In this document: positions 14,454-24,434 of the stretch, piece after piece
Layout: each line of letters begins with the position of its first letter
Numbering within the stretch: position 1 is the stretch's first letter
DNA from: Micrococcales bacterium
Lineage (GTDB): Bacteria > Actinomycetota > Actinomycetes > S36-B12 > CAIYMF01
Direction of reading: 5' to 3'
Length of the DNA: 48,138 nucleotides
Assembly: GCA_024641605.1 (NCBI GenBank)
Contig: JAHECT010000001.1
Span: forward strand, 1 to 48,138
Position numbers and translations under genes: made by a program
Notes under the pieces: generated by a model
Told to the model about the DNA's origin: nothing
The model's database searches: none
The model's input: only the letters and a program-made list of their open reading frames with translations

Positions 14454-15424
14454 GACGACCCCTTCCTCGTGCTGCGGCGCCGGGATCCGGACCCGCCGGC
14501 GGCGCGCGCCGGCGGGACGGGCTCGACCTCGGTGAGTCCGGCGAGGCACTCGCCGTAGATCTCGTCGGGGTCCAGGCGACGCATCTCCTCGGCGATGAGC
14601 CCCTCCGGCGAACGTCGTGGCAGCGCCGCCTCGCGGTCGGGCATCCCGGGGCGGCTCAACCGGGCGACCCGGCCGTCGGGGCGCGATACGGAGATGTCGC
14701 CGTGCTCGGTGTGCAGGGCGACCGAGGTGACCCCGGGGCCGCGGGTGGCGCGCAGCGCCACGGGCACCCCCAGGCAGCGGTGCAGCCAGGAGGCCAGGAG
14801 CGGGCCGGAGGGGTTGGCGCGCTGGACCCCGATGCTGACGCCGGTGATCGGGTCGTGGGGGAGGTCCAGTGAGGCGGCGATCAGCGACCGCCAGGGGGTC
14901 AGCCGGGTCCAGGACAGGTCGGTGTCGCCGGCCGCGTAGCCCTCCTGCCGCGCCGCGAGCTCCTTGAGCGGCCGGGCGCTCGCGGCGGCGTCGGTGATGC
15001 GCCGCTGGGCGAGGCGGCCGACGGGGTCCTCGGACGGGACCGCCGGCGGGGTCCCGGGCCACCACACGACCACGGGCGCGTCGGGCACGAGCAGCGGCAG
15101 CACCACGGACGCGACGTGGTGGGAGAGCGGGCCCCGCATGCGCAGCTCCACGAGCTCGCCGAGCCCTTCGGACCCGCCCACCGCCACGACCGCGTCCAGC
15201 CGTGCCGGACCGCGCCCGGGGCGCGGGATGGCGACGAGGATGCGGCTGGGGTGCTCGCGGGCGGCCGTCGCGGCGGCCACGACGGCGTCGGACTGCGAGG
15301 ACTCCTCCGCCACGATCACCAGGGTCAGGACGCGCCCGACCGCCGAGGAGCCCTGACGGAAGCGCTCCTGGTCGATGGCCAGCGCGACGGCGCCCGCGGT
15401 CGTGTCGTCGAGTCGCACGCTCAC
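14450..15424 (-). CDS. opcA: Glucose-6-phosphate dehydrogenase assembly protein OpcA
   Basis: EHPSR, PLLVPDAPVVVWWP, RRITD and DTDLSWTRLTPWR; lies between zwf and pgl. Confidence 0.93.
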   Translation of the reverse strand: MSVRLDDTTAGAVALAIDQERFRQGSSAVGRVLTLVIVAEESSQSDAVVAAATAAREHPSRILVAIPRPGRGPARLDAVVAVGGSEGLGELVELRMRGPLSHHVASVVLPLLVPDAPVVVWWPGTPPAVPSEDPVGRLAQRRITDAAASARPLKELAARQEGYAAGDTDLSWTRLTPWRSLIAASLDLPHDPITGVSIGVQRANPSGPLLASWLHRCLGVPVALRATRGPGVTSVALHTEHGDISVSRPDGRVARLSRPGMPDREAALPRRSPEGLIAEEMRRLDPDEIYGECLAGLTEVEPVPPARAAGGSGSRRRSTRKGSS

Positions 15425-16968
15425 GGACGCCTCCAGGCCCGGCCGTCGCGCGCCATCATCGCCTCGGCTCCGGCCGGACCCCAGGTGCCGCTCTCGTACT
15501 GCTCGGGCCGCCCGCCGGCCGCCCAGTGCTCCAGGACCGGGTCCAGCACGGTCCAGGCGAGCTCGACCTCCTCGTGCCGGGGGAAGAGCGGCGGGTCGCC
15601 GAGGAGCACGTCGAGGATGAGGCGCTCGTAGGCCTCCGGGCTCGACTCGGTGAACGAGTCGCCGTAGGCGAAGTCCATGTTGACGTCGCGGACCTCCATC
15701 TGGGTGCCCGGGACCTTGGATCCGAAGCGGAGGGTGACGCCCTCGTCGGGCTGCACGCGGAGCACGAGGGCGTTCTGCCCGAGCTCCTCGGTGTCGGTCA
15801 CGCTGAAGGGGAGGTGCGGCGCGCGCTTGAAGACGACCGCGAGCTCGGTCACCCGCCGGCCGAGCCGCTTGCCGGTCCTCAGGTAGAACGGGACGCCCGC
15901 CCAGCGCCGGGTGTCGACCCCGAGCCGGATCGCCGCGAAGGTCTCCGTGCTCGACCCCGCCGCGATGCCGTCCTCCTCGAGGAAGCCCTTGACGAGCTCG
16001 CCGCCCTGCCAGCCCGCGGCGTACTGGCCTCGGGCGGTGTGCAGATCCAGGTCCTCGGGCAGCGTCAGCGCCGCCAGGACCTTCTCCTTCTCCACGCGGA
16101 CGTCCCGGGCGTCGAAGGTGAGCGGCTCCTCCATCGCGGCCAGGGCCAGCAGCTGCAGCAGGTGGTTCTGGATGACATCCCGGGCTGCGCCGATCCCGTC
16201 GTAGTAGCCCGCGCGGCCGCCGATGCCGATGTCCTCGGCCATGGTGATCTGCACGTGGTCGACGAAGTGCGCGTTCCAGATCGGCTCGAACATCGTGTTG
16301 GCGAACCGCAGGGCGAGCAGGTTCTGGACCGTCTCCTTGCCGAGGTAGTGGTCGATGCGGAAGACCGACCCGTGCGGGAAGACCTCGGCGAGGGTGGAGT
16401 TGAGCTCGCGCGCGCTCGCCAGGTCGTGCCCGAACGGCTTCTCGATCACCACGCGGCGCCAGGCGCCGTCGTCGGACGCGGACAGCCCGGATCGCTTGAG
16501 CTGCTGCACCACGGGTGCGAAGAACTTGGGCGGGATGGACAGGTAGAACGCGTGGTTGCCCCGGGTGCCGCGCACCCGGTCGAGGTCGCGCACGACCTGG
16601 CCGAGCTGGTCGAAGGCAGCGTCGTCGGCGAAGTCTCCGGCGACGAAGCGGATCCCCTGGCAGAGCTCGTTCCAGACATCCTCGCGGAACTCGGTGCGGG
16701 CATGCTCACGCACGGAGTCGTGCACGATCTCGGCGAAGTCCTGATCTGCCCAGTCCCTGCGGGCGAACCCCACGAGGGCGAACCCCGGAGGCAGCAGCCC
16801 GCGGTTGGCGAGGTCGTACACCGCGGGCATGAGCTTCTTGCGCGCCAGGTCGCCGGTCACCCCGAACAGCACCAGGCTGCACGGACCAGCCACTCGCGGG
16901 AGCCGGCGGTCCCGGGGGTCCCGCAGCGGGTTGACCCCCGGGTCCCAGACGCGTGTGCGCACGCTCAC
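15421..16968 (-). CDS. zwf: Glucose-6-phosphate 1-dehydrogenase
   Basis: FGVTGDLARKKL, EKPFG, RIDHYLGKE, RDVIQNH, YLRTGK and AYERL. GTG start overlaps the tal stop; the start is approximate. Confidence 0.97.
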   Translation of the reverse strand: MSVRTRVWDPGVNPLRDPRDRRLPRVAGPCSLVLFGVTGDLARKKLMPAVYDLANRGLLPPGFALVGFARRDWADQDFAEIVHDSVREHARTEFREDVWNELCQGIRFVAGDFADDAAFDQLGQVVRDLDRVRGTRGNHAFYLSIPPKFFAPVVQQLKRSGLSASDDGAWRRVVIEKPFGHDLASARELNSTLAEVFPHGSVFRIDHYLGKETVQNLLALRFANTMFEPIWNAHFVDHVQITMAEDIGIGGRAGYYDGIGAARDVIQNHLLQLLALAAMEEPLTFDARDVRVEKEKVLAALTLPEDLDLHTARGQYAAGWQGGELVKGFLEEDGIAAGSSTETFAAIRLGVDTRRWAGVPFYLRTGKRLGRRVTELAVVFKRAPHLPFSVTDTEELGQNALVLRVQPDEGVTLRFGSKVPGTQMEVRDVNMDFAYGDSFTESSPEAYERLILDVLLGDPPLFPRHEEVELAWTVLDPVLEHWAAGGRPEQYESGTWGPAGAEAMMARDGRAWRRP

Positions 16969-18068
16969 CCCCGTCCGGCGGCCTCGAGGGCCGACTGGAC
17001 GCTCGACAGCAGGCTGGTCCACGACGCGACGAACTTCTCCACGCCCTCGCGTTCGAGCACGTCGACGACGTCGTCCAGGTCGATCCCGACCTCCTCGAGC
17101 GCGGTGAGCGCCGCCGCGGCCTCGGCGAGGTGGGGAAGCACCGTGTCCCCGCGCACGACACCATGGTCCCGGACCGCGTCGAGGGTGGCCTCCGGCATCG
17201 TGTTGACGGTGCCGTCGGTGACGAGGTCCACGACGTAGCGCGTGTCGTCGTAGGCGGGGTCCTTGACCCCCGTGGAGGCCCAGAGCGGACGCTGCGGGCG
17301 TGCTCCCGTCGCGGCGAGCCCCGACCAACGCGTGGACCCGAGCATGTCGACGTAGGCCCCGAACGCCACGCGGGCGTTCGCGATCGCCGCGGTTCCCCGC
17401 AGCGGCGAGTCCGCGGGCAGCCGGCGGTCGACCTCGGAGTCCACGCGGCTGACGAAGAACGAGGCGACCGAGTCGATCCGCGCGAGGTCGTGCCCCCGTT
17501 CCCGGGCGAGCTCGAGGCCCGCCAGCCAGGCGTCGAGCACGGCGCGGTAGCGCTCGACGGAGAAGATGAGCGTGACATTCACCGAGATGCCCTCGCCGAG
17601 CACGGCCGTGATGGCGGGCAGCCCCTCCAGCGTGGCGGGGATCTTGACCAGGAGGTTGGGCCGGTCGACCGCCCACGCGAGGGCCTTCGCCTCCGCGACC
17701 GTCGCCTCGGTGTCCGCCGCGAGCCGGGGATCCACCTCGATGCTGACCCGTCCGTCGAGCCCACCCGTGCGGCGGTGGACCGCGGCCAGCACGTCCGCGG
17801 CCCAGCGGACGTCGTAGGTCGTGAGCGACCGGACCGCCTCGTCGAGGGAGACCCCGCGGACGGCCAGCTCCCGGATCTGCCCGGCGTACTCGGCCGCCCC
17901 ACCGACGACGGCCTTCTCGAAGATGGTGGGGTTCGTGGTCACCCCGACCACGTGCGACTCGGTCACGAGCCCCGAGAGGTTGCCGCTCTGCAGTCGACGC
18001 CGGTCGAGGTCGTCGAGCCAGACGGAGACGCCCGCGTCGGACAGCTGGGCCAGGGGGTCGGATGCCAT
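16965..18068 (-). CDS. tal: Transaldolase
   Basis: SVWLDDL, GVTTNPTIF, VSIEVDP, KIPAT (Schiff-base Lys), SFFVSRVD and LWASTGVK; ATG at 18068. Confidence 0.97.
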   Translation of the reverse strand: MASDPLAQLSDAGVSVWLDDLDRRRLQSGNLSGLVTESHVVGVTTNPTIFEKAVVGGAAEYAGQIRELAVRGVSLDEAVRSLTTYDVRWAADVLAAVHRRTGGLDGRVSIEVDPRLAADTEATVAEAKALAWAVDRPNLLVKIPATLEGLPAITAVLGEGISVNVTLIFSVERYRAVLDAWLAGLELARERGHDLARIDSVASFFVSRVDSEVDRRLPADSPLRGTAAIANARVAFGAYVDMLGSTRWSGLAATGARPQRPLWASTGVKDPAYDDTRYVVDLVTDGTVNTMPEATLDAVRDHGVVRGDTVLPHLAEAAAALTALEEVGIDLDDVVDVLEREGVEKFVASWTSLLSSVQSALEAAGRG

Positions 18069-18102
18069 GATCCCGACCCTAGCCAAGCCCGCTGCGTTGC
18101 GC

Positions 18103-20220
18103 TCAGCCTCGCGCGCTCGCCAACGACGCGCGGGCCTCGTCGACCACGCGGTCCACCGTGAAGCCGAACTCCCGGAACAACGTGGCGGCGTCGGCCGAGG
18201 CGCCGAAGTGCTCGAGGGAGACCGCCCGCCCGTGCCCGCCGAGGTAGCGCCACCAGCCCTGCGCGATCCCCGCCTCGACCGAGACGCGCGCGCCCACCTG
18301 CGGGGGGAGGACGGCGTCGCGGTAGTCCGCGGGCTGCTCGTCGAACCACTCGAGGCAGGGGAGCGACACCACCCGGGTGGGCACGCCGTCGGCCTCGAGC
18401 CGCTCGCGAGCCGCCAGCGCGAGGGACACCTCGGAGCCGGTGGCGAGCAGGAGGACCTCGGGGGCCCCGGAGCCGGCGTCCGCGAGGACGTAGGCACCGC
18501 GAGCGGCCTCCTCGGCCGGGGCGAGGACGTCGCGGTCGAGTGTGGGGACGTTCTGCCGGGTCAGGGCCAGGCCAGCGGGGCGCCGCCGGCGCAGGATCTC
18601 CCGCCAGACGGCTGCCGTCTCGGTGGCGTCGGCCGGGCGCACGATGTCGAGGCCCGGGATCGCGCGAAGCGCCCAGAGGTGCTCGACGGGCTGGTGGGTC
18701 GGGCCGTCCTCGCCGAGCCCGATGGAGTCGTGGGTCCAGACGAAGGTCACCCCCGTCCCCATGAGGGCGGACAGGCGCACCGCCCCCCGCATGTAGTCGC
18801 TGAAGACGAGGAAGGTGCCGCCGAAGGGGCGCAGGAGGCCGGAGAGCGCCATCCCGTTGAGCGCGGAGCCCATCGCGTGCTCGCGGATCCCGAAGTGCAG
18901 GATGCGGCCGTAGGGCGACTGGGCCTTGCCGAACGGGGACGTGGGGGACACCACGGACCCGACGGGCAGGAATGAGGGGGCACCCTCGATGGTGGTGTTG
19001 TTGCTCTCCGCGAGGTCGGCGCTGCCGCCCACGAACTCCGGCAGCGCGGCGGCGATGGCCTGGATGACCTCGCCGCTCGCCTTCCGAGTGGCCATGTCCT
19101 TTCCGGCGGGGAAGGAGGGGAGCGCGAACTCCGGGAGCTCGCCGCTCACGAGCCGGTCCAGGAGCCGCCCGCGCTCGGGCTGGGCCTCGCGCCACGCGCC
19201 GACCGCGTCGTCCCACGCCGCCCTGAGCCCGGCCCCGCGGCCGCGGACCTGCTGGGCGTGCGCGAGGACGTCGTCTGCGACGGCGAAGTCCATCGCCGGG
19301 TCGAACCCGAGGATCTCCTTCGTGGCGGCCACCTCGTCGGCGCCGAGCGCCGAGCCGTGCGCCTTGAAGGTGTTGCGCAGGGTGGGCGCCGGCCAGCCGA
19401 TGACGGTCTGGAGCCGGATGAAGGAGGGACGGTCGGTCTCGGCCTTGGCGGCGGCGAGGGCGTGCCCGAGGCCGATGGTGTCGACGCTGCCGTCGGGCAG
19501 CATGTCCACGCTCAGGGTGTGCCACCCGTAGGCCGCATACCGGGCCAGGACATCCTCGGTGAAGGCCACGGCGGTGTCGTCCTCGATGGAGATCCTGTTG
19601 TCGTCCCAGACCACGACGAGGTTGCCCAGACGCTGCGTCCCGGCGAGGGACGAGGCCTCGGAGGTGACTCCCTCCTCCAGGTCGCCGTCGGAGGCGATGA
19701 CCCACACGGTGTGGTCGAAGGGCGACGTGCCCGGAGCGGCGTCGGGGTCGAGCAGACCGCGCTCGTAGCGAGCCCCCATCGCCATGCCGACGGCGGTCGC
19801 GAGGCCCTGGCCGAGCGGGCCCGTCGTGGTCTCCACGCCCGCCGTGTGGCCGTACTCGGGGTGTCCCGGGGTGAGCGAGCCCCAGGTACGGAACGTCCTG
19901 AGGTCATCCAGCTCGAGCCCGTAGCCGGACAGGAACAGCTGGATGTAGAGCGTCAACGAGGAGTGCCCGCACGAGAGCACGAACCGGTCCCGGCCCAGCC
20001 AGGCGGGATCCGCAGGGTCGTGGCGCAGGAACCGCTGGAAGACGAGGTAGGCCGCCGGTGCCAAGGACATGGCGGTGCCGGGATGGCCGTTGCCCGCCTT
20101 CTGCACCGCGTCAGCAGCCAGGACACGAGCGGTGTCGACCGCCAGCACATCGAGATCGGACCACGTCCCGTCGAAGGGAGCGGGGTCGTACGGAGCGGCG
20201 GAAGCGGGTGCGCTGGTCAC
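18103..20220 (-). CDS. tkt: Transketolase
   Basis: GHPGTAM, DRFVLSCGH, TPGHPE, SDGDLEEG...N TPP-binding motif, GIREHAM and HDSIGLGEDGPTHQP; GTG start at 20220 is inferred. Confidence 0.97.
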   Translation of the reverse strand: MTSAPASAAPYDPAPFDGTWSDLDVLAVDTARVLAADAVQKAGNGHPGTAMSLAPAAYLVFQRFLRHDPADPAWLGRDRFVLSCGHSSLTLYIQLFLSGYGLELDDLRTFRTWGSLTPGHPEYGHTAGVETTTGPLGQGLATAVGMAMGARYERGLLDPDAAPGTSPFDHTVWVIASDGDLEEGVTSEASSLAGTQRLGNLVVVWDDNRISIEDDTAVAFTEDVLARYAAYGWHTLSVDMLPDGSVDTIGLGHALAAAKAETDRPSFIRLQTVIGWPAPTLRNTFKAHGSALGADEVAATKEILGFDPAMDFAVADDVLAHAQQVRGRGAGLRAAWDDAVGAWREAQPERGRLLDRLVSGELPEFALPSFPAGKDMATRKASGEVIQAIAAALPEFVGGSADLAESNNTTIEGAPSFLPVGSVVSPTSPFGKAQSPYGRILHFGIREHAMGSALNGMALSGLLRPFGGTFLVFSDYMRGAVRLSALMGTGVTFVWTHDSIGLGEDGPTHQPVEHLWALRAIPGLDIVRPADATETAAVWREILRRRRPAGLALTRQNVPTLDRDVLAPAEEAARGAYVLADAGSGAPEVLLLATGSEVSLALAARERLEADGVPTRVVSLPCLEWFDEQPADYRDAVLPPQVGARVSVEAGIAQGWWRYLGGHGRAVSLEHFGASADAATLFREFGFTVDRVVDEARASLASARG

Positions 20221-20347
20221 GGTGGGGGAGCCTACCCGCGCCCGGATCGGGCCCTCGGAGGCCCGGTAGACTTGCCGGGACGTCCGGGAGGCCGGACGCC
20301 GCCCCGACCGCGCCGAGCGCCGGTCCCGATCGTCCCGGAGCGTGCGA

Positions 20348-21292
20348 GTGACCGCCGTCGACCCCCGCCCCACGGGCGAGCAGGTCGACCTCGCCGGCCA
20401 GCGCCGACGTCCCGCCCGCCACGTCGTGGCGTCCTACATCGCGCTCACCAAGCCGCGGATCATCGAGCTGCTGCTCGTCACCACCGTGCCCACCATGATC
20501 CTGGCCGCGGGCGGGCTCCCGTCCTGGTGGCTCGTCCTCGCGACCGTCCTGGGCGGTTACCTCGCCGCAGGCGGCGCCAACGCGCTCAACATGTACCTCG
20601 ACCGCGACATCGACCGGTTGATGGCTCGCACCGGTCATCGCCCCCTCGTCACCGGGGAGGTCTCACCTCGGGGCGCGCTGGTGTTCGGGATGGTTCTCGC
20701 GACCGTGTCGGTGGTCTGGTTCCTCATCACGACGAACGCGCTCGCAGCGCTGCTCACCGCGATGGCGATCGCGATGTACGTCGTGGGCTACACCATGCTG
20801 CTCAAGCGCCGAACGCCGCAGAACATCGTGTGGGGCGGAGCGGCCGGCTGCATGCAGATCCTCATCGGGTGGGCGGCCGTGACCGGCTCGCTGACCTGGG
20901 CGCCGGCGGTGCTGTTCCTCGTCGTCTTCTTCTGGACCCCGCCGCACTACTGGCCGCTCTCGTTGCGGTTCAAGGACGACTACGCCGCTGCCGGAGTGCC
21001 GATGCTCCCCGTGGTCGCCAGCCTGCGCCGGGTGGCGGCCGAGATCCTCGGCTACTCCTGGGCCATGGTGGCGGCCTCGCTGCTGCTGGTTCCGGCCGCC
21101 GGCATGTCCGCCTTCTACGTCGTGAGCGCCGTGCTGCTGGGCGGTGCCTTCGTCCTCGAGGCGCACGGCCTCATGCGGCGGGTCCGGCGCGGCGACCCCG
21201 ACGTGAAGCCCATGCGGCTCTTCCACGGGTCCATCAGCTACCTCGCCCTGCTGTTCCTCGCCGTGGCGATCGACCCGTTCCTGCCCTGGTAG
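20348..21292 (+). CDS. ctaB: Protoheme IX farnesyltransferase (heme O synthase)
   Basis: [36 protein letters not shown] and [12 protein letters not shown]; multiple TM segments. Confidence 0.96.
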   Translation: MTAVDPRPTGEQVDLAGQRRRPARHVVASYIALTKPRIIELLLVTTVPTMILAAGGLPSWWLVLATVLGGYLAAGGANALNMYLDRDIDRLMARTGHRPLVTGEVSPRGALVFGMVLATVSVVWFLITTNALAALLTAMAIAMYVVGYTMLLKRRTPQNIVWGGAAGCMQILIGWAAVTGSLTWAPAVLFLVVFFWTPPHYWPLSLRFKDDYAAAGVPMLPVVASLRRVAAEILGYSWAMVAASLLLVPAAGMSAFYVVSAVLLGGAFVLEAHGLMRRVRRGDPDVKPMRLFHGSISYLALLFLAVAIDPFLPW

Positions 21293-21307
21293 GCGGCCCG
21301 GGGCCGA

Positions 21308-22288
21308 TCAGGCCGGGACGGGAACGCCGCGTGTGCGGGTGGCCAGCAGCAGGCGGACCGTGGCCCACCAGACGACAACGGCGCCGAGCACGTGCAGAGC
21401 CACCAGCGCCCAGGGCAGCGACGTGAAGTACTGCACGTAACCGATGAGGCCCTGGGACAGGAACAGCACCAGGGCCACGGTGGCCGCGCGCACCGTCCGT
21501 GGGGGAGCGGCCGTGGCCCGCAGGGCGATCAGGAGGCCCACGAGCAGTCCGATGGCGAGCAGGACGAGATCTGCGTGCAGCCAGCTCACCGTCTGGGGAT
21601 CGAGACCGAGGCGGGCGACGTCTGCGTCGCCGGCGTGCGGGCCGGACGCCGTGACCAGGGTGCCGATCATGACGACGACCGCCATGACCGCAACCAGGAC
21701 GCGCACGCCCCAGCGGATCTCCCGGCGCACCACCGCCACGACCGGCTGGTCACCGGGCTCACCGGAGCGCCAGAGCAGCACCGTGACGAGGGCGACGATC
21801 GCCAGGGAGACGAGGAAGTGCGCGGCGACGATCAGCGGGTGCAGCCCGGTCAGCACGGTGACGCCGCCCAGGACGGCTTGGGCCACGGTGCCCAGGAACG
21901 GCACCGTGGCCAGCACGGTCAGGCCGCGGCGGGGCGCCAGCCCGGCACTGCGGCGACGGCGTGCGTCGCGCCAGGCGGCGAGCAGGGCCAGAAGGGCCAG
22001 CAGGCCGAGGACGAAGGTCAGCGTGCGGTTGCCGAACTCGATCCACTTGTGGAAGCCCTCGTCCTGGGCGGGCACCGGGACGAAGGAGGACTCCGTGCAC
22101 CGGGGCCAGGTGGGGCAGCCGAGGCCGGACCCGGTCAGACGCACGACGGCACCGGTGACGACGATGGCCGACTGCGCGAGCAGGTTCGCGCCGTAGACCC
22201 GCCGGACCCAGCTGGGCGAGGGTCCCGGGGACCCGGGGTCCACGGCGTCGGTGGAGTGCTCGGGCGCCGGGTCGGTGAGGGTGCTCAC
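21308..22288 (-). CDS. ctaA: Heme A synthase, COX15/CtaA family
   Basis: VRLTGSGLGCPTWPRC, IEFGNR, conserved His in the TM helices, SGPHAGD. Confidence 0.92.
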   Translation of the reverse strand: MSTLTDPAPEHSTDAVDPGSPGPSPSWVRRVYGANLLAQSAIVVTGAVVRLTGSGLGCPTWPRCTESSFVPVPAQDEGFHKWIEFGNRTLTFVLGLLALLALLAAWRDARRRRSAGLAPRRGLTVLATVPFLGTVAQAVLGGVTVLTGLHPLIVAAHFLVSLAIVALVTVLLWRSGEPGDQPVVAVVRREIRWGVRVLVAVMAVVVMIGTLVTASGPHAGDADVARLGLDPQTVSWLHADLVLLAIGLLVGLLIALRATAAPPRTVRAATVALVLFLSQGLIGYVQYFTSLPWALVALHVLGAVVVWWATVRLLLATRTRGVPVPA

Positions 22289-22357
22289 GATCCCTCAGCG
22301 TAGGTGAGCCCGCCGGGCGTCCCCGCTCGCGGCCCCGCTGGTGCGACCACGGTCACG

Positions 22358-23077
22358 TCACGCCGGCAGGGTCCCGCGCGCCAGGCTGTTCTTCGAGTGC
22401 GACGGATCGCCGTCCTCCGGCTCTAGGGACACGTCGACGACGGGGTAGTCGGTTGTCGTCACCCCGGGCGGGACCACGAAGCTCCCGCTCGAGTTCGCGT
22501 CGAGCACGCCGAGGGAGATCAGCTTCGTGGCGTCGGCACTGAGCAGCCACACCTCGAAGTAGCCAGGGCCCTGGGACAGCCCGGTCATGTCCACGTCGAC
22601 CCGGGGACCGGTCGAGGTCTGCACCACCCGCACGGAGCCGGTCGCCCCCGACTGCTCCAGCGGGTCCAGGGTCGTCGACGCGACCACCTGTCCGGCCTTC
22701 TCACCGGGGCTGGTCGCGGCGTACATGACACCGGCACCAAGAAGGAGGCCCACGCTCGCGGCGGCCGCCATCGGGATCCAGCGACGTCGCGCACGGTGCA
22801 GGGGGATCGGGGCCGGGAGGGGCTCGCCGTCGCGGGCCAGCTCGGCCTGGACCGCGTCCCACACCGCCGCAGGCGGGGGGACCATCGGGGCCGCGGACCC
22901 GGCGCCGCGGGCAGTGCGCGCGATGGCGCCGAGCTCGTCGACCTCGGACCGGCACGCGCCGCACGCGGCCAGGTGCGTCTCCGCGGCGGCCATGTCCGCC
23001 GGTGCCCCGGGGCGCTCGCCGAGCGCGAGGAGAACGAGCACCTCGGGGTCGAGGTGCAGGGTTTCAGGCGCGGACAC
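22358..23077 (-). CDS. Anti-sigma factor, RskA-like, with N-terminal zinc-binding (ZAS) motif
   Basis: H-x26-[11 protein letters not shown] motif, one TM segment after RRRW, and an extracytoplasmic domain with YFEVWLL and VDVSLEP..G typical of the RskA C-terminus; overlaps the sigma gene stop. Confidence 0.88.
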   Translation of the reverse strand: MSAPETLHLDPEVLVLLALGERPGAPADMAAAETHLAACGACRSEVDELGAIARTARGAGSAAPMVPPPAAVWDAVQAELARDGEPLPAPIPLHRARRRWIPMAAAASVGLLLGAGVMYAATSPGEKAGQVVASTTLDPLEQSGATGSVRVVQTSTGPRVDVDMTGLSQGPGYFEVWLLSADATKLISLGVLDANSSGSFVVPPGVTTTDYPVVDVSLEPEDGDPSHSKNSLARGTLPA

Positions 23078-23681
23078 CGTCGACCTCCAATCTGGTGCGC
23101 AGCCGGTCCAGGGACCGGCGGATGTGGCTCTTGACCGTGCCGAGCGGGAGGCTCAGCAGGCTGGCGATCTGGGTGTGGGTCAGGTCGTGGAAGAACGCGA
23201 GCTCCATGATGCGGCGCTGGGGCTCCCCGAGTCGAGCGAGCTCGTCGGAGAGGAGCACCCGATCGGCGACCGAGGACTCCGGCCCGTCGGCCACGTCCTC
23301 CGCGCCGGCCCTCGCCTCGACCGCACCGACGATGCGCTGCTCCCGGGACCGCTGCTCCCAGCGGTCCGCGATCCGGCGCTTCGTGATCGTCACCAGCCAG
23401 CCGGGCAGGGTGCCGGCGGCCGGGTCGAACCCCGACTGACCGCGCCATGCCGCCACGAAGACCTGCTGCGTGATGTCGGCCGCGTCCTCGGCGTTCCCGG
23501 TCGAGCGGAGCGCCATGGTGTGGACCAGGGGGGACCACCGGCGGTAGGCCTCGGGCAGGGCCTCGGGGTCCCCCGCGGCGAAGCGGATCCCGAGCTCGAC
23601 CACCTCCGGCTCCGGCGCGACTCGCGGGCGAGGCACGGGCGGGACGACGCGCAACGGGGCGGGAACAGTGTCCTCCGGCAT
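23064..23681 (-). CDS. ECF RNA polymerase sigma factor, SigK-like
   Basis: Region 2 ([16 protein letters not shown]...FDP..GTLPGWL) and region 4 ([26 protein letters not shown]). Alternative start at 23741 (ATGA overlap with the sortase stop). Confidence 0.9.
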   Translation of the reverse strand: MPEDTVPAPLRVVPPVPRPRVAPEPEVVELGIRFAAGDPEALPEAYRRWSPLVHTMALRSTGNAEDAADITQQVFVAAWRGQSGFDPAAGTLPGWLVTITKRRIADRWEQRSREQRIVGAVEARAGAEDVADGPESSVADRVLLSDELARLGEPQRRIMELAFFHDLTHTQIASLLSLPLGTVKSHIRRSLDRLRTRLEVDGVRA

Positions 23682-23737
23682 GGCACCACGGTCTCGCGAC
23701 AGCGGTCGCCGCGCCACTCGGACCCGCTCGAGCGTGC

Positions 23738-24430
23738 TCATGCGGATGCTCCCACCGGCACGGCGGTCACCACGACGTTCGACTGGTAGCCGCCCTCCTC
23801 GGGCACGTAGGCACCACCGCAGGTGATGAGAGTCAACCGGGCGGGTCCGCTGCGCGAGAAGAGCTCGTCCAGGGGAACGACCTGCTTGTCGAACACCTCC
23901 CGCGAGACCACCCGGTAGGCGACCCGGTCCCCGGTCTCCACCGTCACGACTACGCGGTCCCCGGGCGCCACGCCGGCGAGGCCGTAGAGCACCCCGCGTC
24001 CCTGGCCCCGGCCGTCGCGGTGGCCGATGATCACCGTGGACCCCGACGTGCTCGTCGGACCGGCCCCGAAGCGGTACCAGCCGACGAGGTCGACGTCCTC
24101 GGGGATCTCCGCCGCGCCGTCCCGGGTCACTCCGGTCGGAACCACCGGGGCTGTGGCGCCGATCGCAGGAATCGAGACCGTGATCGGGGGCACCGCCCGC
24201 TCGGGCGACACCAGCGGCAGCTCGCGCACGCCCGGAAGCTCGCGGACCGCCTCGGTCGGCGCCTCGGTGGGCGCAGGCGTCGGCTCGACATCCACCTGCG
24301 GTCGCGTCCCGACGGAGGACGTCCGGTCGGCTCCCGTGGAGACCACGGTCGCGCCCGCCACCACCGTGGTGCCCACGAGCGCGCCCATGGAGAGGGCGAG
24401 CACGAGGACGGCGGGGCGGACGCGACGCAT
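23738..24430 (-). CDS. Class F sortase
   Basis: N-terminal signal/anchor, VGWY...P...[23 protein letters not shown] and YQSNVVV, a class F signature. Confidence 0.92.
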   Translation of the reverse strand: MRRVRPAVLVLALSMGALVGTTVVAGATVVSTGADRTSSVGTRPQVDVEPTPAPTEAPTEAVRELPGVRELPLVSPERAVPPITVSIPAIGATAPVVPTGVTRDGAAEIPEDVDLVGWYRFGAGPTSTSGSTVIIGHRDGRGQGRGVLYGLAGVAPGDRVVVTVETGDRVAYRVVSREVFDKQVVPLDELFSRSGPARLTLITCGGAYVPEEGGYQSNVVVTAVPVGASA

Positions 24431-24434
24431 GGGA

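Noticed and set aside
23717-23749. Second SigK-like promoter (GCATCC at 23749-23744) directly upstream of the sigma gene
   Set aside because: No CCGAA-like -10 at 15-17 nt; the nearest CCGAG is 22 nt away, and the hexamer lies within sortase coding sequence.
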